A stretch of DNA of 61,927 nucleotides, filler included, from Nemertoderma westbladi (lineage: Eukaryota > Animalia > Xenacoelomorpha), in the NCBI GenBank assembly GCA_032718475.1. It is 3 parts of 3 records of this genome, joined end to end, with 100 filler letters (N's around TTAATTAATTAA, not from the genome) between each part and the next. Parts side by side here need not be neighbours in the genome. Positions count along the whole stretch, not along the records: positions 19,378 to 41,976 come from JAUCBJ010008952.1; 2 more parts are not named here. One strand, 5' to 3'. The position numbers were made by a program, and so were the translations under genes. This document shows positions 22,815 through 34,926 of the stretch, in pieces. Position 1 is the first letter of the stretch; the number at the start of each line of letters is the position of its first letter. The notes below the pieces were generated by a model. It worked only from the letters and a program-made list of their open reading frames with translations. It did not search any database and had not been told where the DNA came from.

Positions 22815-23889
22815 TTTGTAATCCACATTTCCTCGAAATTAAATTTAAAAGTCGGACAAAAAATGTTACTTTTTGTAAACTAAATAGTTATTAATATTTG
22901 TGTATATATGATAATTGTGTAGATATCTTGTTCAGATAATAATATTTTTAGGATGCATTAATTAGTGATATATATATTTAATCACTTCCAACAAGTCATT
23001 AAATTATCCTTTCAAGATCATCCATTGCTATCTATACACAGCCTAATGCGAAATTTTCAGTATTCCAGAACATTCATGAATAAAAAAAACCCATACAATA
23101 CGTATTCCAAAACAAAAAATCAACATATTCTATATTCTATTTATTATTTCCAAAAATAGTTGTTGTAGTGTTTGTCTCAGTTGGTTGAGCGATGGTCCTC
23201 CAATATATTTGTTGCAGTAAAGGTTCTACTCAACCTTCCATTCCCCAAGTCGATAAAATCACGATCAGTAGAATAATACGAAAAACGCAAAACAAAACAT
23301 TGGGCAAAGTTAAAGTACACAATAGTAGTATATTGTATGTTAAAAAAACACTGTATGCAATAAATGTATCTTCTACGATTTTGAACGAAATAAAGCAAAA
23401 TTTTGCAGATAGCATGTCCAATAGATGCCCCCTATGGGGTGTCGACCGTTTGATTGAGTGAATTATATGATAATTATCGGTTATTCTAGAATTAATTTCA
23501 CTGTTGCTAGGCAACCAACAGGTACCTAGCAACCAGACCTTGCATACACAACAACTGTAGGTCCGATAATGAACCTATCATCAAAGTGTCATCAAATTCC
23601 ATCGACATTAAGTGCAAGAAGTTGTGTGTACAAACAAACAAACACACAAACAAACGCGCGTTATTGTGAGTAAAACTGGGGTAAGGGTAGGAATAGCGCC
23701 CACCCCTACCCTCGGTTGCAGCCATCGAAAGATGAGCCTTCGGGTCGTCTTATTAGTAATCATTATATTTGGCCAGGTATGCGACGCGAAATTAAAATGT
23801 GGGCATAAACTAAGCTTGCCACAAATGCCAACAGTCTAAAATTACAACACATACGAAAACTGCTGTAGAAACTATCTCGACTGACAAGC

Positions 23890-25074
23890 AAGCAAAGCAA
23901 AAGAATCTCCCCGCAGTCATGAATTTTGTGGACTTCAAGAAGGCATTCGACTCCATCCATAGAGGTAAAATGCTTGAAATCCTAAGAGCTTATGGAATAC
24001 CAGAAGTAATTGTTGCTGGCATTGGATTGTTATATTGTGACACAGAAGCGCAGGTACTCTCACCAGATGGTGAAACTGAGTTTTTCTCAATCCTGGCTGG
24101 CGTACTGCAAGGTGACACATTAGCACCATTACTATTTGTAATTGTGCTGGATTACGCAATGAGGACGGCCACAAATGGTGAAGATCCGGGATTCACACTT
24201 CAAGAACGCAGAAGTAGTAGATATCCGGCAACTACAGTCACAGACACCGACTTTGCGGATGACATCGCCCTGCTCTCTAATACGCTAGCAGATGCACAGC
24301 TTCTACTAAATAAAGTGGAGAGGGCTGCTAAGGAGGTTGGATTGCATATAAATGCTACAAAGACCGAATTCATGACCTTTAACGTTGATGGAAACTTGAC
24401 AACCATTGATAATAATCAACTAAGGAAGGTCGATGACTTCCAGTACCTTGGATCATGGATAGAGAGTAGCAAAAAGGACATAGAAATTAGGAAAGCAAAG
24501 GCTTGGGTAGCTCTATCAACAATGGATACCATCTCGAAATCAGATCTCTCCAGGCACCTGAAGACTAAGTTCTTTCGAGCCACAGTGGAAAGTGTCTTTT
24601 TATACGGGGGTGAGACCTGGACACTGACTAAATCACTTGAACAACGAATTGATGGTTGCTACACAAGACTACTAAGGGCAGCCCTAAACATCAGCTGGAG
24701 ACAACACATGACAAACGCCGAGCTTTAAGGTACAATACCACCTGTATCAACCACCCTCCGGAACGCAGATTAAGATTCAGTGGGCACTGCTGGCGAAGAA
24801 AAGACGAGGTCATACCAGATCTACTTCTCTGGCAACCAACTCACGGAAAGCGTAGTCCTGGACGACTGGCCATAACATATATAGATTAACTTGAAAGGGA
24901 TACTGAACTTGGGAGAAACGAAAATGCGACAACTATGGAGAATCGGGAAGCCTGGAAGGATCTCGTTTCTACTGTCCGAGTTCGCTCGACCTAGTAGTAG
25001 TTGGAGAATCAGGAAGCCTGGAAGGATCTCATTTCCACTGTCCGAGTTCGCTCGACCTAGTAGTAGTAGTAGTA
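23890..25074 (+). mobile_element. 5'-truncated RTE-type LINE (family B), RT domain
   Basis: 269-aa ORF with FVDFKKAFDSI, GVLQGDTLAP, DFADDIAL and FQYLGS. Frameshifted C-terminus RLRFSGHCWR. (TAG)n tail with the last 66 bp duplicated. Confidence 0.93.
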
Positions 25075-25391
25075 ATCTGCATGTTGGTGATATATAGGCC
25101 TACGTAATATATAACATTAATATTATCGATATAGAATGTTTCCGTATACAATATTTTATTATTTTTCCAGCTACGCACTGAAAAAACTCATAATGTTGAT
25201 CATCAATTGATAGTCGAATATATGTGATATTTATAGAGTGAGATCACGTTGTTGGGAACTGCTGTTGGTGTTTAAAAATTCACTACTGTGTATATCAATA
25301 CTTCCCAATTCCCAATGAATGCTACGAATTCTGATGAACCCTGATAAAACCTGATTTACTGTACTTTGTGGGTAATTTTTCACATATATCG

Positions 25392-26142
25392 AGTTTTAGC
25401 GCGAAAAAATTCGTTTTAGCGCGAAAAAATTAATTTTTGCGCGAAAAAATTAGTTTTAGCACGAAAAAATTAGTTTTAGCGCGAAAAATAAATTTTTGTG
25501 CGAAAAAATTAGTTTTAGCGCGAAAAAAATTAATTTTTGCGCGAAAAAATTTGTTTTAGCGCAAAAAAATCGTTTTTGCGCGAAAAAATAAATTTTTGCG
25601 CGAAAAAATTAGTTTTAGAGCGAAAAAACTAATTTTTGCGCGAAAAAATTAGTTTTAGCGCGAAAAAATTAATTTTTGCGCGAAAAAATTAGTTTTAGCG
25701 CAAAAAAATGGTTTTAGCGCGAAAAAATTAACTTTTGCGCGAAAAAATTAGTTTTAGCGCAAAAAATTAATTTTTGCGCGAAAAAATTAGTTTTAGCGCA
25801 AAAAATTAATTTTTGCGCGAAAAAATTAGTTTTAGCGCAAAAAAATCGTTTTAGCGCAAAATAATTAACTTTTGCGCGAAAAAATTAGTTTCAGCGCGAA
25901 AAAATTAATTTTTGCGCGAATAAATTAGTTTTAGCGCAAAAAAATCGTTTTAGCGCGAAAAAATAAACTTTTGCGCGAACAAAATTAGTTTTAGCGCAAA
26001 AAATTAATTTTTGCGCGAAAAAATTAGTTTTAGCGCAAAAAAATCGTTTTTAGCGCGAAATAATTAACTTTTGCGCGAAAAAATTAGTTTTAGCGCGAAA
26101 AAATTAATTTTTGCCGAAAAATTAATTTTTAGCGCAAAAAAA
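25392..26142. repeat. ~20-bp tandem subrepeat array in left TIR
   Basis: TTTT(A/T)GCGCGAAAAAATTA(G/A) repeated about 37 times. Confidence 0.95.
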
Positions 26143-26517
26143 TTACAGGTGAAGGAATTTTTTGTAAGAGGCAAGTTTAAATTGTGCATATTTGATTCTA
26201 CCTGCCTACCTACTTCTGTATTTAATTTGAACTCAAGTCTGCAAGTTCGTACTGCAGTTAGTTAGTACTGGTAGTACAGCCTATATAACCACACTACACT
26301 TACTAGACAGCCCTACCTCCTGGCTATTTTTTATTCTTATTTCTACCGGTAATTACTGAATTATATTATTTACATTAACCACTTCATACAAGTAGTGAAC
26401 TATACCTGTAGCGCTGTAGGCCCTATATTGTCAACTGTATAATGTTTGTCTCCCTCGCCTGTACCGGTATGTCTCTGTATATATCTATATTTGGTTTTGG
26501 GAATGTGTAATAGGCCT

Positions 26518-27410
26518 ATGATGGACCCGGTTCAAAATATATGTAGTAATTGCCGCAACGAACTCGCTCTCGATGATATTTTTTGCTCTGGATGCCCTGA
26601 CAGCTTCAAGGTGGGGAGCTATGGTAACACGTCGCCGATACTGTGTAAAATCTGCAAATAGTCTATGGCATATTGATGGACACCATAGCTTAGTTCGATG
26701 GAATATGGTGGTCAATGCCATGGCGGTATAGATGGTTATTCGCGCCTAATTACTTTTCTCAGAATTGCCACAAATAACAAAGCAGTTACAGTTTTATCTG
26801 CCTTCCAGAGCGCTATAGAAGATTAGGATCTTCCTTCATGCATACGCGGCGACAAAGGAGGTGAGAATCGGGATGTGGCAGCGTTCATGATTCGAGAGTG
26901 GGGGACTGATCGGGGCAGTTTTATAGCTGGGCGTTCAACCCATAATCAACGTATAGAACGTCTATGGAGAGACGTTTTTAGAACTGTACTCATCCTATAC
27001 TATGACTTGTTTTTTTGGTTTGAGGACAACGGATATCTTGACCCTCTCAACAAGATCGATCTATATATATTACATGTTGTATATTTAAATAGAATACAAA
27101 ACGCCTTATGTGAATTTCAAGAGGCATGGAATACACATGGTCTACGAACAGAGAGGTATTGGTCCCCCAAACAGATGTTTATCAATAGTTTATTAAATTC
27201 TAGCAATGACATTGACACCATAGTTGACAGTAATAATTACGGTATAGATGGAATGGTCCCGTGGCTGCTGAAAAGGAAACCATTGTGACTGTGGACGATA
27301 TAGCAACACCCCTCTCTACAGAAGCTCACCAAGAGTTCCTTGAAAGGGTAAATCTACTACTAGGATCGGCATTATATGTGTACATTGCCGGTTTGCACAT
27401 ATGGCAGTGA
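26518..27410 (+). pseudogene. Integrase-core (DDE) transposase of IS3EU type, with N-terminal zinc ribbon; frameshifts, a stop and an internal deletion
   Basis: MDPVQNICSNCRNELALDDIFCSGC, then [47 protein letters not shown] and [14 protein letters not shown] (D-D-E triad). Confidence 0.88.
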
Positions 27411-27486
27411 TAAAATATGATTTTGTGGTCTGATTGATAAATGTGGAATTTTTTTCCTCCCGTGACGTTCCGTTCGTGACGCTGGA

Positions 27487-27655
27487 CTACTACTAGGATC
27501 GCCATGCTGCATTGCAGCTGCATTTTTAAGAATGCTGTGCCGGCTTATCGACAAAATTGCACCGCCACAACTCCCTATCACCCATGACATTTGCTAGATC
27601 ATCCGCATCTTCAAGGCCAGTGTCCTTTAAGATGCGTCTCAAGAAAGTCATGGGT
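27487..27655 (-). mobile_element. 3' fragment of RTE family A inserted within the transposon
   Basis: Near-identical to 14888-15053, including the (TAG)n tail. Confidence 0.9.
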
Positions 27656-27992
27656 CAAAAAAGTGGGTAAATCGAGAGGAGTTTGACATCGGTTCTGGTA
27701 CATTATTAGTTGACTTATATTTAAAATCTAGAAAATATATAAACTCTAATATATTATAAAAATATAATATATTTAAAATCTAGTATAATACTATAACTAA
27801 CTATAATAAGAAATAGTAAATTTGTTCTATGTACTGTGAGTCTGAAATATTGATAATGCAAATAGTATTATATTATTTAAACATTATTTCGAATAAAATT
27901 TATGTATCTTATATGTCCCTCGGTGTGAGTTTATAAAACATGTTTATAAATGGTTATGAGTGAGTGAGAACCTATATGAGTACCTATTTACA

Positions 27993-30891
27993 TTAAGCAT
28001 CACTGAAAGTCGTGGCCAAAGCAACTACATGTATCATAACTATTTTGAATTCGTTGTAACTTTCAATGATAGGGAGTTTAAGTTCCATTCCACAAGTATT
28101 GTTTCGTGGTAATCAATTATAATACTGCTGATCAGGATCAATATCTTCCGAATGGATAAATTAAACTGACGGTTCAATGTTGAATCCGAGTGGGGGAACG
28201 CAATCTGAACCCGTTGTAAATATCAAGAGATCACATAGGTTGACTAACTGCGTAGATCCCGGTACAAGTTCACCAACTAGAAAATAATTATTTAACAAAT
28301 TTTGTTATTTATTTTAAATTAAGTCAAATCAATTTAATTATTAATTAGTGAACAGAACATGAGTCATTACCGGATGTAGAAAAATTTAATTAGTTTAATT
28401 ACCTGCCAAATCTTGAAGTAAATCTTTCCAATAGGAAATAGTCCTTCTTTTCTTTCTGCGCTTATTACCTTCACCAGCTGACCATTGTACTGCAAACAAG
28501 TTATCCATTATAACTGCATCTATTTCTCCGGGTTGGTAGACAAACAACTCTTTACAAAGTTCCTTATTCGCTGTCATTTTGTCTAGTAAACCAGATTTAG
28601 CTAACCAATCCTTCAACCTAAATTAATTTCCAAATAGAAAGGTACAACTGTTATAGGGACGAACCGCTTAAAAACTACTATATTGAATTAGGGGCCGTGC
28701 ACAAATGATGTCACGCTATTTTTGACGATTTTCGACTGTAGTCTATCAGCATGGTGCTCGTTCGAATAAATACTATTAATTATAGAAATAATATATTTTA
28801 TTACCGGTAGTATAGAAATAAGTAATTTACACAATGGGAGGCAATTTACACAATACAGCCAATGGGAGGTAGAATATGCATATAATGGCACTAGATGGCG
28901 TTAAAACCCTCAGTAAAGCATGGCTTAACTGAAACAGGCGATATTATATTTTAACCAACTTTATCAATGAAAAATGGTGTTTTGAGCTTAAAATTAGTAA
29001 AATAAGTAATTTAAAAGGCTAAGTTCACACGTGCAGCAACATTCTGCATTCTCTAAACATTTACGAAATTCGTCTTCGCCTTCAGAATCAGCAATCTAGT
29101 TTAAGATAAAAATCTTTATAGTACTGTCTGATAGTAACTAATTCCTACCAGATAATTCCGCACCATTAAAAAATCATTAAATTTGTCTAAGTTTGCTAAC
29201 TGTCTGAATTTGTTGCCGCCACTCATAATCACAAACGTCTCCAATCTCTGGTCCAACCGTCATTTCCACAGAACTCGAGGAAACCAACATTTCATAAAGA
29301 AGTGGGTGAAAGAAAGTCGGCGAAGGCCCACGATGGGTCACAACATAGGCCATTATCAATCCAACAACCTAAAAAATATAAATATTTCGATGATTTAATA
29401 TCTCATCTCAATGTAAATTATCAATTAAAGGAAAGACCAGTTTACAGAGGTACAGTGCGTTATTATAACCAAAATAATAAATGAAAGTCAAAAGTGCAAG
29501 GTTAATTTTATATTTGAGAGCAATCAGCCTGTTATTTCCTTGGATTTCCCTTGGAGAGGCATGAATTTTGATTTTGCGTCAAAAGCCCCCCCCCCCCCCC
29601 CCCATATCTGTAAAATGCATAGGATATATTTTTTCAATATTGATCTAAATACCGTCAGACCTTTTAAATTCTGTGATTAACCCAAAGCGCTTTGACTATT
29701 ATATGTCATGAAACTCACAATTATAATCGAGGTCTATTAGCTTTCGATGTACTTCACCACTGAAGATTGGCATCTCTTGTATACTACGCAATAGTTCTTC
29801 CGACTACTAGTAGTCGGAAGAACTCTCTTTGCGGACCTCCTTCATCTATTCCTTCTTCTCCCACAAGGCAAACATTAATAGTAAACCATGGGTTAAATAA
29901 GTTTGCCTTTCAGACGCACGCAGACCGCCATCTAAAACATCATCTCTCGAGACATTTACTAAGTTCGAATTACTGCTGTCAACCCAACCCGACTTTCAAG
30001 TTCCAGCAGTATTTCTCTAAGGGAGGTAGGGTTTGCTGGTGGAGGAGCGTCAGTAATGTCCTCTTCAGTTACATTAGGTTCAAAAGAGGGTCGAGGAGGT
30101 GAAAGTACAAGAACATCAGCACCTCCTTCATCGTCATGTGATGCGATACTAAAACTGGAAGATCTTCCAACGGTAGGACTACTGGGCTGGCTACCTTCTC
30201 TAGATAAAAGTTGTATGTAAATCGCCCTGTTCCCAGGATATAGGGTATGTAGACCATTTCCATCGAAGCGAAATCCCACAGGGATACAAATTGGTGTTAT
30301 TGTTCTATTTGGAGCTTTAATGAAGTTGTAATTGTTGGTACAAGGCGGTTGAGACCATAACAAATAAGTAATCTTATCACGAATGGTTTATAATTAATCA
30401 CAAATAGTAAATTCGAGAATGCAGTGTTTCACGGTAGTGGAATCTTTTAGTGACGTTGATTGGCTTCGAAGAACGATTAATGGTTGAAGGGTTTAGGCTT
30501 GTAGAGAAGGCCTACCAACAGTAGTCCGTGTTGGAGTTACCGATAATCTCAGGTTTGTAGTTGTACCAGTACCGGTATTCTGAAGAATACGATTGAGCAA
30601 CAACCCTGAACCTCGCCTTCCAGCTAACCAAGCGCCAACAGTGGCCCTACCTGGTGTAGAGTATGGGGCGAAAACTCCGACTAATTTCGTTGCTCAGAGG
30701 GTCACCACTACTAGACCTGCCTAAATTCGCCGTAGACTCCACTGGAGTACTTGGCCTATTCTCTATACCGTTGTTGGTCTTTCGGAAGAGTTTATGTTTG
30801 TGTTGAGAGAACTACCACACCCCGAGCAATAATTATCGGATAGTTTAACCTCATTACGGCATTCATGACAAATACTTAAAACCCCAGCCAT
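27993..30891 (-). pseudogene. G2E3-like HECT E3 ubiquitin ligase with N-terminal zinc ribbon, multi-exon, disrupted
   Basis: MAGVLSICHECRNEVKLSDNYCSGCG (30891-), VGEEGIDEGGPQREFFRLL (~29870-29810), MAYVVTHRGPSPTFFHPLLY (29359-), SYWKDLLQDL, and LLIFTTGSDCVPPLGF..LPRNNTCGMELKLP (catalytic Cys) ending at 27993. In-frame stops present. Confidence 0.85.
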
Positions 30892-31369
30892 GGCACTGAT
30901 TGATTCTGATAATCTGATTGCTGGCACACTACCGCACTACAATTTCGGGCTGCAGGGATGATAGTGATAGCCTAATATGTAACAGTTGTTGAGAACAGAC
31001 TTGCAGTTGCAGACTTGATTCCACAATAAAAAAAAGGGCAGTGATTTTTTATGTCCTTTTATTTGACTTTTTTTGTCCTTTTTTTTTACGAATTATGCAT
31101 AATGACTTTTGTTGTCCTTTTAATGACTTTTATTGTCCTTTTAATGACTTTTTATGTATGTATTTCTTCAAACTGTCAGACTGCTGATTTCTGGACTGTC
31201 AGACAGTTGATTTCACTATGCCTGTGCCAAAACATTCCATGATTCCATGATTTATAGACTATGAGATAGATTTCCATATGCGCCTGTGGTAAAAAGACTC
31301 TATATTTAATAGTTTGTGGTTGTTGTCGATAATCGATTACCACATGACGTAGCAAAACACTCATTTTAT

Positions 31370-31960
31370 AGCCAAAAACAATTACCAATTGATGGAAAGG
31401 AGCAGGTTAAGGCCGAGTTTTCTAACCAAAACAATAAACAGTCACTTTACCAAATCAGGGAAAGGAGCAGGTTACAGAGACGGGATTTTCTAACCAAAAC
31501 AATAAACGATCACTTAACTAATTGAGGGAAAGGAGCAGGTTACAGAGGCGGGATTTTCTAACCAAAACAATAAACGATCACTTAACTTATTGAGGGAAAG
31601 GAGCAGGTTACAGAGGCGGGATTTTCTAACCAAAACAATAAACGATCATTTAACTAATTGAGGGAAAGGGACAGGTTACAGAGGCGGAATTTTCTAACCA
31701 AAACAATAAACGATCATTTAACTAATTGAGGGAAAGGAGCAGGTTACAGAGACGGGATTTTCTAACCAAAACAATAAACGATAACATTACCAATTGAGAG
31801 AAAGGAGCAGGTTACAGAGGCGGGATTTTCTAACCAAAACAATAAACGATAACATTACCAATTGAGGGAAAGGAGCAGGTTACAGAGGCGGGATTATCTA
31901 ACCAAAACAATAAACGATCATTTAACTAATTGAGGGAAAGGGGCAGGTTACAGAGGCGGG
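31370..31960. repeat. 68-bp tandem repeat, ~8.5 copies
   Basis: TTGAG(G/A)GAAAGG(A/G)..AGGTTACAGAG..GG starts at 31522, 31590, 31658, 31726, 31794, 31862 and 31930. Confidence 0.95.
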
Positions 31961-32565
31961 CCTTCTGTGCTGTTGGAAGTAGTGGTGCCGCTATCCGTAA
32001 CACTACTCAGACAGTAGTCATGATCCATTATTGATTATAAAACTAATACAGTAATAGGCCTAAATTATGTGAAAGGTATATCCACATTTTCCACAATCCT
32101 GCAATCCAGTTTGGCCTATCAATTATTTAAAATTTATTAGCACAACCGGTAGGCCTACCATTACCGTATTTAAATGGTAGGCTACACAGTAGGCCTATAG
32201 CAGTACCGGTGCCGGTACCGGTACTAAAATACAGAAATACCTGCTTTATACCTACATCTGTACATACAATACAGCAAAATAGTGCTATATATACTAATAC
32301 CGGTACTGATAGCCTGAGAGAACAGCAGTAGAGAAACCGGTAGCATGGAACCTAACATTAGACTTTTGGAGGACATAAAAAATAAAAAAAAAAGGACAAA
32401 AAAAGGATTTAAACGGACAATAAAAATTATTGCGAAAAAAAAGTAGGCCTAGGCCCTACACAGCTACAGACTGACAGAATTATGTCAGTATGTGGTAATG
32501 TGCACGCACAATTTAAACTTGCCTCTTCCAAAAATTCCTTTATAATTTATTATTGGTGTACAAAC

Positions 32566-32862
32566 AAATTTTTTCGTGCAAAAACTAATTTTTTCGCGCA
32601 AAATTAATTTTTTCGCGCAAAAATTTATTTTTTCGCGCTAAAACTAATTTTTTCGCGCTAAAACTAATTTTTTGCGCTAAAACCATTTTTTGGGCTAAAA
32701 CTAATTTTTTCGCGCTAAAACAAATTTTTTCGCCCTAAAACTAATTTTTTCATGCAAAAATTTATTTTTTCGCGCTAAAAACAACTTTTTCGCGCAAAAA
32801 CAAATTTTTTCGCGCTAAAACTAATTTTTTCGCGCAAAAATTAATTTTTTCGTGCTAAAACT
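32566..32862. repeat. ~20-bp subrepeat array in right TIR (inverted relative to left)
   Basis: TAATTTTTTCGCGCTAAAA repeated about 15 times. Confidence 0.95.
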
Positions 32863-33101
32863 CGATACATGTGAAAAACTACCCACAAAATCGAATAAAA
32901 AAACCAAATGTATGCCATACAGCTTTCTTTACTCCACCAACAGAAACTAGGTTCTCATTGTTCCGCAACAAACAATAATACCAGCATATCATCTCATGTG
33001 GAGCTGCAATGCAGCATGCCGATGTCACCGATTAATATGGTGACAGTGCTGTGTTTGTCAACCTGAACCTATATAATATTATAGATTGTTACGCAGTTTA
33101 A

Positions 33102-34665
33102 CCCTATTAGTACCGGGCTATAAAATGCTGTACAAATACCGGGGGGGGGGGGGGGGGGGGGGTCATATTGACCCTCCCTAAAATCTACAAATATTAACGA
33201 AAACGTCTGATTTTTTGTTTGTATGTAGGTATCACTAGTCTGGATCCGACCGAAAAAAAAATTTTCGAAAAAATGTACTGGGGTGGTAATATTGCAGCAC
33301 CAAAATTACAAGTAGTGCACAATTTTCACAAAATTTGAAAGTTACATTTTTCGGCTAATTGTTTTTCAATACAGGTTTTCTGGGGCGCAAAATACATTGG
33401 AAAATATTTAAAAATGATATGATTACCATAAATGGCTGTTTAGTCCTCTATGCGTAGGAAAAAAATGAAAAAACAAGTAACCAGCACTTTTCAGTTAGAA
33501 CACAAAATTTTTAATTCACTTATACGATGCTATAAATTCACATTTTCAGGTTTTCTAGGGCGCTGATTCTAATGGAATACATTTCAAATATGCCAGATCA
33601 TTGCTACTTGTATTTTTCGGCGTAATTTGGCAAATTTTGGTGCTAGCACCAAATTTCGTACCCATCACCAAAAAGTACAAGTTTGCGATGTCCAGTGCTG
33701 TTTTTATTGATTCCATCGGATTCAGGACCCTCATAAACCCGTATAACACAAGAAACAAGATGATACTATCTACTGATCAATTTACTCATTTTCCAAAATT
33801 TGGTGCGGGCACAACAATTTTCACCCACCAGCGAAAAATACAAGTTTGAAAACTCTTATGAAATTTTTACTGATTCCATTGAATTCAGAACCCTAACAAA
33901 CCCGTATAACGCAAGAAACAAGATGACACAATCAATTGATATATTCGATGGTTTTCAAAATTTGGTGCTAGCACCACATTTTGCACCCACTTCCGAAAAA
34001 TACAAGTTTGAGATGTCTAGTTCGATAATTATATATTCCATTGAATTCAGAACAGCCATAAACCTCTAAAATGCAAGAAATAAATTGTCACAAGCAATTT
34101 TATCTATTGAATGGATTTTCAAATTTTCGTGCTAGCACCAAAATTTGCACACAGCACCGAAAAATACCACGTTTGATACGCTTGGTGCAACTCGTATATA
34201 TTTCATCGAAACCAGAACCACAAAAAACCCCAATTGCGTAAAAAACAAGTTTCAAACAATCAATTTACAAAATTGACATATTTCAAAATTTGGTGCTGGC
34301 ACCAAAATTTGGCACCCGCCGAAAAAAACAAGTTTGAAATTTCTAAATCAATTTATATGAATTCCATCAAATTGCTAACACCAAAAAACCGGTGTAAATC
34401 AAAAATAGAGATGTTACAATTAATATTTAATGAAATGTAATTTTCAAAAAACGTCTCAAAAAAAGTGCCAAAGGTAGGGTTAAAAAATGGTGCTATAACT
34501 CGAAAACAACCCAATATTTTTGAAAACGGTTTTCACTACTAGGAAGACAATAGATTTTTAGGAAAAGTCATAAAATTTCAGATTCCCAACTGCGTTTGTT
34601 TCAGAATTATAATAAAAAAACCACGGGGGGGTCATATTGAACCCCCCCCCCCGGGTTTAATAGGG
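33102..34665. mobile_element. Non-autonomous piggyBac-like element with internal ~163-bp repeats
   Basis: TTAA|CCCTATTA...TAATAGGG|TTAA. Subterminal GGGGGGTCATATTGA at both ends. Palindrome-like AAATTTGGTGCTAGCACCA at ~33632, 33796, 33958, 34121 and 34286. Confidence 0.85.
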
Positions 34666-34926
34666 TTAAGGTATAAAGTTTTCAGAAATTTAACTTAAGT
34701 CATATTTGTTATAACTGATCGTGATAACTCATTCAACACGCATTTTCATGCTACACTGTTAATCATATTCTTTACAACACTGTTGTATGTGTGTATCTGT
34801 ATATATGCTAGTTCAGTTAATAGCAGTTAAATTTTTTATATTTAATTCCCTCCACCTAATCTGAGACACCATTCCCATATGATAATATAATATTGTGTAT
34901 TCAGGTAACCAGAAAGTTGTTAGACC

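Larger units (their letters stand above)
25362..32890. mobile_element. IS3EU-like DNA transposon (decayed) with long TIRs, a transposase and a HECT E3 ligase gene
   Basis: Left end TACTTTGTGGGTAATTTTTCACATATATCGAGTTTT matches the inverted 32858-32890. Both ends carry ~20-bp TTTTAGCGCGAAAAAATTA arrays followed by inverted AGGAATTTTT..AAGAGGCAAGTTTAAATTGTGC. Two convergent pseudogenes lie inside. Right tip degenerate, no TSD readable. Confidence 0.8.

Noticed and set aside
23400-23760. Possible Helitron-like piece (ACAA repeats, imperfect hairpin)
   Set aside because: Termini could not be defined.
33140-33162. Long poly-G/poly-C tracts (also ~18577, 22700, 29585, 35684, 41265, 45343, 55647) as functional G-quadruplexes
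   Set aside because: Many lie within MITE ends, and homopolymer lengths are unreliable in this assembly.
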